Positions 1 through 10,467 of a DNA stretch of 64,000 nucleotides are shown here, one piece after another. The notes below the pieces were generated by a model, which worked only from the letters and a program-made list of their open reading frames with translations, had not been told where the DNA came from and did not search any database. The DNA lies in the IMG/VR virus record IMGVR_UViG_3300034104_004920, positions 33,278 through 97,277 of that record, one strand, 5' to 3'. The stretch is from a virus. How positions within the stretch are numbered: the stretch's first letter is position 1; every line of letters starts with the position of its first letter. The position numbers were made by a program, and so were the translations under genes.

Positions 1-61
1 TTCTACACTGCTTAATAGTTCATTTAGCGGACGCAGTTATAATTTTTTCCCAAATACTGGG

Positions 62-619
62 ATGACTACTTACACAGTTTATACTGATTTTGTTAATAGT
101 AATAAAATAGAATCTAGGTCTCAAGTAAGTGTTAATATAAATTATTATTTTCAAATTGGGGCAGCAACAACTAACGCCAATTTTTGTTATTTAATAATAG
201 AACCTGAGTGGTACTTTCAAACGATCGAAATCTCAACACTTAATTCATATAGTTCTCCAACGTATGGTTCAAACAGCGTTTTAGCTATACCAAAAGGAGA
301 ACGTTTTATGTCTAGTTGGACATATACTAATCCAGTTGGACAGATAAGAAATTTTTATGAAAGTAATAGTTTTAATTTTGTTCTATCCCCCGCTCTCATA
401 TCTGGAACTACGTTAGTAACTGGTCAAAACAATGAGCAGTACTACACGTGGCCTATACCTGAAGGGCATTTCGGAAGAGTATGGATTAGATTAAAAAGAG
501 TTATAAGATTTTATCCTACAGCCGCTACACTTACCCCTGTAGCTGGAGATACCTCCTCGGTAAGTGCTGGAGACTATCTTGGCAATATTGTATATAACAT
601 AAGAAACACGAGGATTTGA
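62..619 (+). CDS. putative tail fibre-associated protein
   Basis: T/S/N/Y-rich beta-type composition; directly upstream of a tail assembly chaperone. Confidence 0.4.
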   Translation: MTTYTVYTDFVNSNKIESRSQVSVNINYYFQIGAATTNANFCYLIIEPEWYFQTIEISTLNSYSSPTYGSNSVLAIPKGERFMSSWTYTNPVGQIRNFYESNSFNFVLSPALISGTTLVTGQNNEQYYTWPIPEGHFGRVWIRLKRVIRFYPTAATLTPVAGDTSSVSAGDYLGNIVYNIRNTRI

Positions 620-981
620 TGAATAAACTCTATGGTATAATTCAAAATAATTATGTTATTACATTTTTGACTTCTGATTCTGTACAAGAGGCTCCGTGGG
701 TAGAATTAAATACCGAGATCTTGGAAACCAAACCGTCGCCAACAGCTAAGTTTAATTACGACCAACAGGTTTGGGAAACATTAAATGTAGACCTTTTAGT
801 ACCTCAATGGTATGTTGTGCGAGAACAAAGAAATCAGCTTTTACAAGAATCTGATTGGACCCAGCTTCCTGATGTGCCGCTAAGTACGAAGGAAAGCTGG
901 GCAACTTATCGCCAACAATTACGCGATGTAACGACCCAACCAGATCCATTCAACATAACTTGGCCGACCGCACCGGCCTAA
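616..981 (+). CDS. tail fibre assembly chaperone
   Basis: C-terminal VREQRNQLLQESDWTQLPDVPL...WATYRQQLRDVT...WPTAP is the phage tail assembly chaperone signature. Confidence 0.85.
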   Translation: MMNKLYGIIQNNYVITFLTSDSVQEAPWVELNTEILETKPSPTAKFNYDQQVWETLNVDLLVPQWYVVREQRNQLLQESDWTQLPDVPLSTKESWATYRQQLRDVTTQPDPFNITWPTAPA

Positions 982-983
982 CA

Positions 984-1014
984 ATAATACCCAGCTTTTG
1001 GCTGGGTATTATTT
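984..1014 (+). terminator. intrinsic terminator
   Basis: aataatacccagc / gctgggtattatt inverted repeat followed by T-run. Confidence 0.7.
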
Positions 1015-1018
1015 TGAC

Positions 1019-1047
1019 TTGATTATACTTATCCTTTGTGATATAAT
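1019..1047 (+). promoter_or_regulatory. sigma70-type promoter
   Basis: TTGATT-17 nt-TATAAT upstream of AGGAG and ATG 1092. Confidence 0.75.
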
Positions 1048-1091
1048 TGTTACTATAAAAAAGCGCACCTATTTTTAATTAGGAGTTTAAT

Positions 1092-1676
1092 ATGACAGCA
1101 CCGACCCGATTAAATTTAAAGATTTATCAGGGCAGTACCTTTAGGCAAATCTTACGTTGGGAAAGTGCTACAAAGGTATATGCGCCTGTAACCTCTATTA
1201 CCAACGCAGCACCAATGGTAATCACAGCCAATGCTCATGGAGCTCCTCAAGGCTGGAGAGTAAAAGTCAGCAATGTTGGTGGAATGAAAGAAGCCAATAA
1301 TTTAGACTACGTAATAGCCACTGGAACGACTACAAATACTGTTACTATAAATAGTGTAAACAGTATTGGTTTCGCTACTTATACTAGCGGAGGCGTATTG
1401 GAGTACAATCAGCCCGTTGATTTAAGTGGTGTAACAGCAAGAATGCAGATCAGACCAAAAGTAGACAGTGACCAAATATTAGACAGTTTGACAACAGAAA
1501 ATAATAAGATTGTTTTAGATAACGTTTTAAAAACTATTACAGTTCAAATAGATGAATCTGTAACTGCGTCGTACTCTTTTAAGAGTGCAGTCTATGATCT
1601 AGAAATAGTTAAGAATAACGATGTTATACCATTTTTAACAGGAACAGTCTTGCTTACTAAAGAGGTAACTAGATGA
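1092..1676 (+). CDS. putative virion structural protein (fibre base/adaptor)
   Basis: NLKIYQGSTF...VDLSGVTARMQIR...AVYDLEI...GTV pattern common before collagen-like fibre genes; internal ITNAAPMVITANAHG module. Confidence 0.55.
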   Translation: MTAPTRLNLKIYQGSTFRQILRWESATKVYAPVTSITNAAPMVITANAHGAPQGWRVKVSNVGGMKEANNLDYVIATGTTTNTVTINSVNSIGFATYTSGGVLEYNQPVDLSGVTARMQIRPKVDSDQILDSLTTENNKIVLDNVLKTITVQIDESVTASYSFKSAVYDLEIVKNNDVIPFLTGTVLLTKEVTR

Positions 1677-3277
1677 CTACGTACACTACTGTAGAAAATG
1701 AAAATGCTCCTAGCTTAGTAGTTGTCGACGATACCAGAGATATTATTGTTGTTACAACTGGTATTGGGCCTCGCGGAGAAACGGGCCCACAAGGTGAGGC
1801 CGGACCTCAAGGTATCCAAGGTATTCAGGGTGAAACAGGACCTCAAGGCGAGACCGGACCTCAAGGCGAGACCGGACCTCAAGGCGAGACCGGATCTCAA
1901 GGTATCCAAGGTCCTCAAGGTATTCAGGGTCCTCAAGGCGAGACCGGATCTCAAGGTATCCAAGGTCCTCAAGGTATCCAAGGTATTCAGGGTGAAACAG
2001 GACCTCAAGGTATCCAAGGTATCCAAGGTGAGACCGGTATGGGATTCACCATAGCCAAAACATATAGCAGTGTGGCATTACTTTTAGCAGACACTAGTCC
2101 TGCTAATATTTTAAGTGGGCAATTTGCTATTATTGATACAGGGGATCCAAACAATACAGATAATAATAGACTGTATTTATGGAACGGGTTATCGTACTCG
2201 TATATAACAGATATCAGTGGTTCTCAAGGTATTCAAGGCGAAACAGGTCCACAAGGTAGTCAAGGTATCCAGGGTATCCAAGGCGAAACAGGTCCACAAG
2301 GTATCCAAGGTATCCAAGGTATCCAAGGTATCCAAGGTGAGACCGGGCCTCAAGGTACGCAAGGTATCCAAGGCGAAACAGGTCCACAAGGTATTCAGGG
2401 CGAAACAGGTCCACAAGGTATTCAAGGCGAAACAGGTCCAATGCCTTGGAACCTGCCGGCTGCACCATACAACAATGGCATATCATATAATATTGGAGCT
2501 GCTGTAACATACAATGGGGGATATTATTATAGATCTGGTAATCCATTAAATCCAGGATATCCACCAACACCTGGTTCAATTAATGAATCTTGGACCCCTG
2601 TTGCCGATCGCGGTGAAACAGGACCTCAGGGTATTCAGGGCATTCAGGGAGAAACAGGTCCTCAAGGTATTCAGGGTCCTCAAGGTGAAACAGGACCTCA
2701 GGGTATTCAGGGCATTCAGGGAGAAACAGGTCCTCAAGGTATTCAGGGTCCTCAAGGCGAAACAGGGCCTCAGGGTCCTCAAGGTATTCAGGGTCCTCAA
2801 GGCGAAACAGGCGACATAGACCTTTTAGAAGTATACAGCGACATACTACCAGGAATAGCATCAATATACGATATAGGAAATCAAGATTTTCCGTGGTATA
2901 GTGCATATTTTCATGATAGTATAAATATTGGTACAAATAAGCTATATGACTTACCTGATGATGCTTTAGCCATATACAGCAGTTCTATAGTAACGAATGC
3001 CGACGTAATTGCAAATTCATTGCTTTTAGACGAGCTTTTTATAAATCAAAATATAATTACGCCATTAAAAACGCCACTATACGGCGAGCCTACTTTAATT
3101 ATACAAGGCAGCTTGGATGTGGTAGGAGATTGGTTAAAAATACCAAACAGCAGCAAAAAAATAGAACAACCGCAGAGCGGGCAGCTAAGAAGCAACACAC
3201 AAAGTTATTCGTATAAAAAAATGAGTACGGGTACTTTTTTTACTTTATCAAATTCAGAACAATACTATTTGCAATAA
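1673..3277 (+). CDS. collagen-like fibre protein
   Basis: three Gly-X-Y blocks (GET/GPQ/GIQ) separated by two globular inserts, one resembling a small carbohydrate-binding module (YNNGISYNIGAAVTYNGGYY...W). Confidence 0.9.
   Translation: MTTYTTVENENAPSLVVVDDTRDIIVVTTGIGPRGETGPQGEAGPQGIQGIQGETGPQGETGPQGETGPQGETGSQGIQGPQGIQGPQGETGSQGIQGPQGIQGIQGETGPQGIQGIQGETGMGFTIAKTYSSVALLLADTSPANILSGQFAIIDTGDPNNTDNNRLYLWNGLSYSYITDISGSQGIQGETGPQGSQGIQGIQGETGPQGIQGIQGIQGIQGETGPQGTQGIQGETGPQGIQGETGPQGIQGETGPMPWNLPAAPYNNGISYNIGAAVTYNGGYYYRSGNPLNPGYPPTPGSINESWTPVADRGETGPQGIQGIQGETGPQGIQGPQGETGPQGIQGIQGETGPQGIQGPQGETGPQGPQGIQGPQGETGDIDLLEVYSDILPGIASIYDIGNQDFPWYSAYFHDSINIGTNKLYDLPDDALAIYSSSIVTNADVIANSLLLDELFINQNIITPLKTPLYGEPTLIIQGSLDVVGDWLKIPNSSKKIEQPQSGQLRSNTQSYSYKKMSTGTFFTLSNSEQYYLQ
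1770..2815 (+). repeat. 9/18/27-bp tandem repeats encoding collagen triplets
   Basis: caaggtatc, ggcgaaacaggtccacaa and related units repeated in three blocks. Confidence 0.9.
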
Positions 3278-3289
3278 GGACATGTCACA

Positions 3290-4834
3290 ATGCCATACGT
3301 CAATTTTTTAAGTACAGACAATGATTGTGGAAATCCGGCTAGTAGTATAATGTATACCGAAGGATTTGGTGCAACACATATTACAGCCGGTTCTTTGTCA
3401 TTTCAGGGGACCACAGGAACATCTTCTGCGGGAAACTTTACAGTTTCCAGAGCCTATAAAAATATTTATAGATGGAGAGCTAGCTATTTATTAGTTGAAC
3501 TAGATTACTACTTTAAGTTTGGAGCAAGAGAATATAATAACTTTTTATTGTTAGGAAATGGTTACGTATTGTTTGGCGGTATTGAATTACTTACAAGTTT
3601 TGCCGATTATTTAGAACAAAATGCAGGCCAAAGTGACTACAGTGCTGAATCTTTTTCTAACACTGCTGGAACTGCTTATAACATTAAAAATAATGAGTAC
3701 GCATTATTTGCACCAACTTTGAGTAGTATTACCCTAAGTCAGTACGATAATTATGATTCTCCATATCCTTACTATGTAGAACTAGCTGAATATACAGGAG
3801 TAAAAAGAAAATTAAAATTACGTTGGATTGGACAAAACGGCGGCTATAATACTAATTTTCCAACCCCTTACCAGTATAATAATGCGCCTAACGATGGCGA
3901 ATATTCAAGTGATGCGAATTTAGTTGTAACGTATGAATTTTCCGAAAACGACGCAGTAAAATTAAGCCTAGATCAAAATGAATATGGTACCGCTAACAAT
4001 AGCAGTGTGTATTACCTAACAGGCAGACCGCTTGGATATTTTAACAATGATTTTACAGCTATAGAATCTGGTGAGATTTATAAAAATAAAAATAGTGGTG
4101 TACAAAATACTAGTTTCTTAGACAGTAGTGAATACACATATTCACAAAATTATAGCAGTGTACCCGCTAACAGAGTTTGGACTTTTAGTGGCACACCGAT
4201 TCAAGAATTACTAGAAACTATAGAGCATACAAAAGTAGAAGTTTATGGTTTTGGAAAGAATTCCGCTTGGTCAGAGCTTTCTGTAGGTGGGGCTGCTTAC
4301 AATATATTTCCATATGATAAAACCAACACAAAAAAATTTGCAACGGCACCCTTATCAGACTTAACAGAAAGAGAAGTAACGGGCAATTATATACTAGATA
4401 TAGATATGTCTAGTTATACTAGTAATAAACCTTTAGTTATATCTATTCCTGAATTACCCAACCTAGTTACCGGCCAAGGAAGTTCTAATATTAGATTTAA
4501 TTTTAAAAATCTAGATTTACCAAAGCATTCTGGTATTGTGGTAAAGTGTATTGTAAAATACAATGGCGGTAATTTAAGAGTCTACTTACCCTATATTAAT
4601 GGATATAATCCTTTAATACCCGATTCTTCAACCTATGATGGTATGACGAATCAATATAGTAGCGCTTATGTAAGCATATCTTCTTCGGTACTAAATTACA
4701 CTAGACTATTGGAGTTTTACATTGAAAATGTAGGTGGTATAGAGATAACAGACTACTATAACGTGTCGTATAAGTTTCCAGACGATAATAGTTACAAAGT
4801 AAGTTTTTTTGCTCCTGATTATGTAATTGTATAA
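3290..4834 (+). CDS. putative fibre tip / receptor-binding protein
   Basis: 514 aa, Y/N/S/T-rich; same reading frame as the collagen gene, 12 nt after its TAA. Confidence 0.45.
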   Translation: MPYVNFLSTDNDCGNPASSIMYTEGFGATHITAGSLSFQGTTGTSSAGNFTVSRAYKNIYRWRASYLLVELDYYFKFGAREYNNFLLLGNGYVLFGGIELLTSFADYLEQNAGQSDYSAESFSNTAGTAYNIKNNEYALFAPTLSSITLSQYDNYDSPYPYYVELAEYTGVKRKLKLRWIGQNGGYNTNFPTPYQYNNAPNDGEYSSDANLVVTYEFSENDAVKLSLDQNEYGTANNSSVYYLTGRPLGYFNNDFTAIESGEIYKNKNSGVQNTSFLDSSEYTYSQNYSSVPANRVWTFSGTPIQELLETIEHTKVEVYGFGKNSAWSELSVGGAAYNIFPYDKTNTKKFATAPLSDLTEREVTGNYILDIDMSSYTSNKPLVISIPELPNLVTGQGSSNIRFNFKNLDLPKHSGIVVKCIVKYNGGNLRVYLPYINGYNPLIPDSSTYDGMTNQYSSAYVSISSSVLNYTRLLEFYIENVGGIEITDYYNVSYKFPDDNSYKVSFFAPDYVIV

Positions 4835-4843
4835 GGTTTTATT

Positions 4844-5479
4844 ATGGAATTATACGCAAAACTAAATAATAGGCAAGAAGTTATTCAATTTCCAGTTTTA
4901 TTGCCTTATAAACTGGAAGCCGGACTTGCTAGGTATAATAATCTAGTATTAGTTAGTCAAGATGATAAACCAGAATACGTAGACTGGAAAAAACAATCTG
5001 TCCCAGTAGGTTTAAAAAAATCAATAGACTTTAAAAATCCAAAAAACTTTTTTAAAGCCGTTTATGAAGTAAAATCGGTTGTAGATAATACAACCGATTT
5101 TAAAACAAAACAAAATAAATTTTTAGAAGTTTACAATGAGTATAAAAATACAAACTACAAAGTATTTCAGCAAAAAGTAAAAGATCTAACAGGTGACTAT
5201 AAGCAGGAAGAGTTTGATACTTGGGACCAACAATTGGCTGAGGCAAAAGCCTATATAAGTACTAAAGAAGAAGGATTGCTATTAAAGAATATAAGCAATG
5301 AAAGAGGCATTTCATTACAAAATTTAGTAGATAAAATAATATCTAAATCTAATTCTTATAATTCTACTTATGGAAAATTATTGGGAAAATATAGAAAAAA
5401 CCAAGAAATACTAGACTCAATTGACTTAAAAAATGAAGCTACTTGGGACGGAGTAAACAACTATAATTGGAATTTATGA
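4844..5479 (+). CDS. tail-fibre-associated hypothetical protein
   Basis: Y..EE..TW..Q..EA.AY...LL..I...RG...LV.KI motif typical of proteins following tail fibres. Confidence 0.55.
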   Translation: MELYAKLNNRQEVIQFPVLLPYKLEAGLARYNNLVLVSQDDKPEYVDWKKQSVPVGLKKSIDFKNPKNFFKAVYEVKSVVDNTTDFKTKQNKFLEVYNEYKNTNYKVFQQKVKDLTGDYKQEEFDTWDQQLAEAKAYISTKEEGLLLKNISNERGISLQNLVDKIISKSNSYNSTYGKLLGKYRKNQEILDSIDLKNEATWDGVNNYNWNL

Positions 5480-7029
5480 TACCTAAACAAATTTGGCAAA
5501 CTTGGAAAAGTTTAAAACTACCAGAAGAATTAGAATCTTATGTTAACGGCTGGAAGACTTTAAATAAAGACTACAAACATACTATATCAACAGATATAGT
5601 ATGTAGACAATTAGTTCTGCAGCACTTCGGCCAGAGTGTGGTAGAACTGTACGACAGTCTACCACAATCTATAATGAGAGCTGATTTTTGGAGAATTTTA
5701 GTTTTATATATAAACGGCGGAATTTACTGCGATCTTGACTTAGAAGCTAAAAAACCAATAGAAGATATTATTAATATAAATTGTGATTTAATAGTCGTTA
5801 AAGATTTGGATAATATTGTAAATTTCTTTATAGCAGCTACCCCAAAACATCCGGTATTAAAAATTTGCATAGATTATATGCTAGAAGAAGCTAATAGCAT
5901 ACTAGCGTTAGATACGCAGAGTTTTGGGATGCACAGCTTACACAGAGCTTTCAGAGAATACTATAAAGTAATAGGAACAAACTATCCAAATAATAATGAA
6001 GTACAAACCTTGGATGTAAAACACTTAGAGCAGAAGAATGTACTTATACACCATGCAATAAGTGGTAATCCTAGTACGTATGATTATACCAGTTGGAGAG
6101 ATAGCAATAATTTAATGTTAAAAAATAGAAGTCTCTCTAAAGATATATTATTTTTTACAACATTTAATAAGTCAGGATTTGATCTTTATGGTCAAAGCTG
6201 GATTAAATCTTTTACACAAATATCCAACTATTACCCAAGCATAAAAGCAAAAATATATTACGAAGGCCCAAGTCTGCCTAATATAAGACATCCTAATTTA
6301 GAATGGGTTAATTTTAACACTGCTATACCACACCATAAAACTTGGAAAGCTGATTTTTTAATTAAATCTAAGCATGAAGAATATGTAAAAACAATGACAG
6401 TTAAATTCAGTCATAAAAGTTTTGTAATACAACACGTATTAGATACCTGTAAAAACAATTATCTAATTTGGTTAGATGGTGATTGTATTTTTTTACCTAG
6501 TGATTACACTAATTTTCCTACAAATATTTTGAATAATAAATTTTTAGCTTGTCAAGTGGAGGAAAATTGGGATTTAGATCACATAGAAAGTGGTATTCTT
6601 ATTTTTGATACTACAAATGAAAATACTAAAAAATTTAATGAAATTTTTAAAAATAATTATGTACCACAAACTTTAGTTATAATGGGCCAGCCATATGATG
6701 GATTTGTAATAAGTAAAACACTTATAAATCTAAATGCAGAATATGTTAATTTAAACAGTAATTATGGTTTGGGCGGCATACAGAGTGACCCATCAAGAAC
6801 CTTTCAAAATCCAGAATTAAAGTCAAAATTTATACATAATATAGGATGGACTGGTAAAAATAAGTACGAGTCTTGGGAAAGAGTTTTTAATAATGATCCG
6901 GTGTACACTACTATTAAAAAATTTCTATTTGGAGGCAGTGAGTCAAAGAAAGAAAAACTTACTAATCATGTAGAAAAGTTGAAAAATCTACGGGAAAAAA
7001 GAGATCTGTTCATAAAACAAAATGGATAA
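5476..7029 (+). CDS. two-domain glycosyltransferase (GT32-like + second GT-A domain)
   Basis: IPKQIWQTW, RADFWRILVLYINGGIYCDLD (DXD); second domain VKFSHK...YLIWLDGD. Confidence 0.85.
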   Translation: MIPKQIWQTWKSLKLPEELESYVNGWKTLNKDYKHTISTDIVCRQLVLQHFGQSVVELYDSLPQSIMRADFWRILVLYINGGIYCDLDLEAKKPIEDIININCDLIVVKDLDNIVNFFIAATPKHPVLKICIDYMLEEANSILALDTQSFGMHSLHRAFREYYKVIGTNYPNNNEVQTLDVKHLEQKNVLIHHAISGNPSTYDYTSWRDSNNLMLKNRSLSKDILFFTTFNKSGFDLYGQSWIKSFTQISNYYPSIKAKIYYEGPSLPNIRHPNLEWVNFNTAIPHHKTWKADFLIKSKHEEYVKTMTVKFSHKSFVIQHVLDTCKNNYLIWLDGDCIFLPSDYTNFPTNILNNKFLACQVEENWDLDHIESGILIFDTTNENTKKFNEIFKNNYVPQTLVIMGQPYDGFVISKTLINLNAEYVNLNSNYGLGGIQSDPSRTFQNPELKSKFIHNIGWTGKNKYESWERVFNNDPVYTTIKKFLFGGSESKKEKLTNHVEKLKNLREKRDLFIKQNG

Positions 7030-7717
7030 AAATATTTTTCAAATACTTATATGCGACGAACCAGCCTCTAATGATTTCAAATATTCTTTAAAACAAAAAA
7101 TTACTGATGTTTATAGTAATTATAACTACAACCTCTACGATAATGAGGCTATAAGAAATTTTTTATATTCCTTCGACAAAGATATACTTAATGCATATGA
7201 TAATTTATTACCTTATGCATTTAAGGCTGACTTGGCCAGATATTGTTTACTTTATGAATTTGGTGGTTGGTATTTTGATATATCTGTTTTTCCAATTTTT
7301 AAATATACTACAAATAAAACAGGTCTTGTATTTTTTAACACATTTTTTAAGATATTAGAAAATAGTATCATGTATTTTCAATCAAAACATGTACTGCTGG
7401 AAAAAACAATACGTATTTCCGTTGAAAATATTAATAATAAAAACTATGGCACTAGTCCTATAGATATAACTGGTCCTCTAGTATTGACTTCAGCATTTAA
7501 TTCTTTAGGTGCTGCTTCAAAAAGAAGTATTGAATACGGGTTATTTAATCTAGCTGATAAAAATGACATTTCTTCTAATAGACGGTACGACATAAAGAAA
7601 AAAAGATTTTCTAACTATAAAGATTATAAAAATGTTAGTGATATATCGTACTTAGGACTATCTGGAACAAACAATTATGTAGATATGTGGAAAGAGAAGA
7701 GTGTATACAGACAATAA
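7022..7717 (+). CDS. GT32-like glycosyltransferase
   Basis: PYAFKADLARYCLLYEFGGWYFDI, ITGP. Confidence 0.85.
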   Translation: MDKNIFQILICDEPASNDFKYSLKQKITDVYSNYNYNLYDNEAIRNFLYSFDKDILNAYDNLLPYAFKADLARYCLLYEFGGWYFDISVFPIFKYTTNKTGLVFFNTFFKILENSIMYFQSKHVLLEKTIRISVENINNKNYGTSPIDITGPLVLTSAFNSLGAASKRSIEYGLFNLADKNDISSNRRYDIKKKRFSNYKDYKNVSDISYLGLSGTNNYVDMWKEKSVYRQ

Positions 7718-8564
7718 AATAATACCATCAACCTTAAATCCTAGAGTAGAGGATGAAAAGTTTCAAAAAATACCAAAAATCATATATCAGACGTTTAAAT
7801 CAAATATAGTAAGTGATAAAATATATGAAGGTATTGAATCTTATATAAGTTTAAATCCTGATTATAGATACGAATTCTATGATGACGACAGGATGTGTAG
7901 TTATATAGATTCATATAATTGTAGTGATTTTAATTTTAATTTGGAAGAATTAAAAAAGGCATTTTACAACATAGTTCCACCTGCCGGCAAAGCGGATATT
8001 TGGCGATATTTAATCATATATGAGAATGGTGGCATATACACAGATATTGATAGTAAATGTATAAAACCATTTTCATCATACATTAATCCAGATGATGATA
8101 TAGTTACATGTTTAACAGGAATTGCTCATAATTACGACAATCCTACTGTAGTATGGAGACATTTATTTCCGCAATGGTTTTTGATTTATTCACCAAAATG
8201 TTCTATACTAAAGGAAATAATAGAAGAATGCGTAAAAGCAGTAAATACAAAAATTCCAGTGCCTAACTCAGAAGACTGCAAAAATATGTTGGAAAGATAC
8301 ACTGGTGTTTGTTTATCAAATTATGTGTACAGAAAGCTATTTAATTTTAAAGATAAAGATAAAGAGGCAAGATTGCAGCCAAGAGTATACAGCATAAAAC
8401 ATAGTAAAAACAAATATAATTTAGCTATACACGACAGTTTACCAGATATTTTTAACACAGCACTTATCAGTAAAAATTTCGAAAGATTCGAAGATTATAA
8501 AAAGGAATTATTAACAAATAATTCCAATCATTGGTTGAGCTATGATTCAATATTTAAAAGTTGA
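7701..8564 (+). CDS. GT32-like glycosyltransferase
   Basis: IPKIIYQTF, KADIWRYLIIYENGGIYTDID. Confidence 0.85.
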   Translation: MYTDNKIIPSTLNPRVEDEKFQKIPKIIYQTFKSNIVSDKIYEGIESYISLNPDYRYEFYDDDRMCSYIDSYNCSDFNFNLEELKKAFYNIVPPAGKADIWRYLIIYENGGIYTDIDSKCIKPFSSYINPDDDIVTCLTGIAHNYDNPTVVWRHLFPQWFLIYSPKCSILKEIIEECVKAVNTKIPVPNSEDCKNMLERYTGVCLSNYVYRKLFNFKDKDKEARLQPRVYSIKHSKNKYNLAIHDSLPDIFNTALISKNFERFEDYKKELLTNNSNHWLSYDSIFKS

Positions 8565-8570
8565 CTTTTA

Positions 8571-9077
8571 ATGATTAATCTTGATAAAAAATATACGGAA
8601 TATATTTTAAATAAAACAGATATATTCCAATATATTCATCCAAATGCGGTATCAGTTTTAGGTTTATTTACTGATTTTTTTATTTTGTACTTTATAAGCT
8701 CACATAACATTGTACTAGCAGGCATAGCAATTTTTATAAGATATTCCTGCGATACATTGGATGGTGGCATAGCAAGAAAATATAAGAAGGTAAGCGATCT
8801 AGGTGGGGCCTTAGATACTATTGCAGATAATACGCTTATATTTGTATTATCTTATTCTATATTGAAATTATACGGCAGTAATTACTCGTTATTAGTATCA
8901 GGCATAATAGTGGCTGCAAACCTGCTGTATATGTACAGAAAAAAAGCTTTGTTACATCATGAGCATTTGCATGATTCACGTAGTCTATGTGCTAAGATTT
9001 ATACCTTTGGTATGAATAATACTTGTATACTGTATGCTTTTATATACTTATGGATAGTTGCACTGATATGCTTTTAA
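8571..9077 (+). CDS. CDP-alcohol phosphatidyltransferase family membrane protein
   Basis: HPN, DTLDGGIARKYKKVSDLGGALDTIAD = DxxDGxxAR...GxxxDxxxD; several TM helices. Confidence 0.9.
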   Translation: MINLDKKYTEYILNKTDIFQYIHPNAVSVLGLFTDFFILYFISSHNIVLAGIAIFIRYSCDTLDGGIARKYKKVSDLGGALDTIADNTLIFVLSYSILKLYGSNYSLLVSGIIVAANLLYMYRKKALLHHEHLHDSRSLCAKIYTFGMNNTCILYAFIYLWIVALICF

Positions 9078-9787
9078 ATAAAAAAATAATAATTTGTGCT
9101 GGAGGAGATGGAGGACCAAAGTGGAATAGACATTTAGGCATTTCAAAACACATGATTACAGCATATGGTGAAGCTCTAGTTCACAGAATCCAACGACAGT
9201 TATTAGAATCTGGATTCAACAATATATATGTAGCTTGCTCTTACGAATACAAAGACACCTATCTATTAAAACATATAAAATATATAGAATCGCCAAAATT
9301 ATCTGGTGACTTAGGCGACTACTCATGTGTTTGGCATTATAAAAAATTTTTAGATGTTTATTCTACAACTGTTATATTATTTGCAGATGTTTATTACACA
9401 GATGAATTTATAAACGTTCTAAAGCATGATTCAGGCAATCATTTTAAAATATATGGTAGAAGCGATGCTTCTCATATAACTAAAAATTGGAGGCAAGGAG
9501 AACCATTTGCCATAATTTTAAGTAGTAATGCTGTTAAAAAATACTTTAAATCTTTGAAAGAAGTAATGCTGGTTCTTCCAGATTTTATACAAAAAGGTAA
9601 AGCTATACGAGAAGATATAGGAAAATATACTTATAGAAAATTTGTTGGTATACCATATGAAGCGCCAGGTAATGTAACCGAAGACACACATTGGCACGAA
9701 TGGAACGATTTAACGGATGATTTTGATGATCCAAACGATTGGAAAATAAAATCTGAATTGTTTCCTAATATATTCTACATAAAATGA
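9068..9787 (+). CDS. NTP transferase (LicC/IPCT-like cytidylyltransferase)
   Basis: IIICAGGDG..W......KHMI...GEALVHR N-terminal motif; LFADVY; DDFD. Confidence 0.7.
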   Translation: MLLNKKIIICAGGDGGPKWNRHLGISKHMITAYGEALVHRIQRQLLESGFNNIYVACSYEYKDTYLLKHIKYIESPKLSGDLGDYSCVWHYKKFLDVYSTTVILFADVYYTDEFINVLKHDSGNHFKIYGRSDASHITKNWRQGEPFAIILSSNAVKKYFKSLKEVMLVLPDFIQKGKAIREDIGKYTYRKFVGIPYEAPGNVTEDTHWHEWNDLTDDFDDPNDWKIKSELFPNIFYIK

Positions 9788-10464
9788 CTCTTGGAAATGT
9801 ACTATTTTTAGGCAGATATAACTGTGAAGTCAGCAATAGTGCTATGCGCTATTTACAAAAACACTGTAATAAACTTGATGTAATATGGTCGAAGGATATG
9901 TCAGAGAGGTTGCCTGAATTTGTAAATAATTGGGAAGGCGATTACATTGTATCTTTTATGAGTTTTTTCATCTTGCCAAAGTCTTTGTTGAATAAAGCAA
10001 AAAAAGATGCTATAAATTTTCACCCAGGACCGCCAAAGTATCGTGGCAGAGGGGCGGCTTCTTTTGCTATATACAATGACGACAGTATATTTGGTGTTAC
10101 CGCGCATCTTATAGACGAATTAATAGACAATGGAAAGATAGTTGCTGTACTAGAGTTTTCCATAGAAGAAGGCGATACTGTTGAAACAATAGTTTACAAG
10201 AGTAGAGAGGCTTTGTATGAATTATTTACCCTAGTGATTGATAGTATATTATTAGATGGTAATTATATACAAAAATCAATTAATAGTTGTATATATCAGT
10301 GGAGTGGTAAACTTAGGTCTATTAAAGAAATAGATAGTTTACGAAAAATTAAACTAGATATTACAAAAAATGAATTGGATAAAATAATAAAAGCCACAGC
10401 TATAGGTACTACTGTACCATACATAGAACTATATGGACATAAGTTTGTATTTAGAGAGACGTGA
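9784..10464 (+). CDS. formyltransferase (NDP-sugar N-formyltransferase-like)
   Basis: AINFHPGPPKYRG...GVTAHLIDELIDNGKI. Confidence 0.85.
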   Translation: MTLGNVLFLGRYNCEVSNSAMRYLQKHCNKLDVIWSKDMSERLPEFVNNWEGDYIVSFMSFFILPKSLLNKAKKDAINFHPGPPKYRGRGAASFAIYNDDSIFGVTAHLIDELIDNGKIVAVLEFSIEEGDTVETIVYKSREALYELFTLVIDSILLDGNYIQKSINSCIYQWSGKLRSIKEIDSLRKIKLDITKNELDKIIKATAIGTTVPYIELYGHKFVFRET

Positions 10465-10467
10465 TAT

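Noticed and set aside
1715-2936. Alternative-frame and antisense ORFs inside the collagen gene
   Set aside because: By-products of 9-bp repeats lacking stops; no RBS or domain signal
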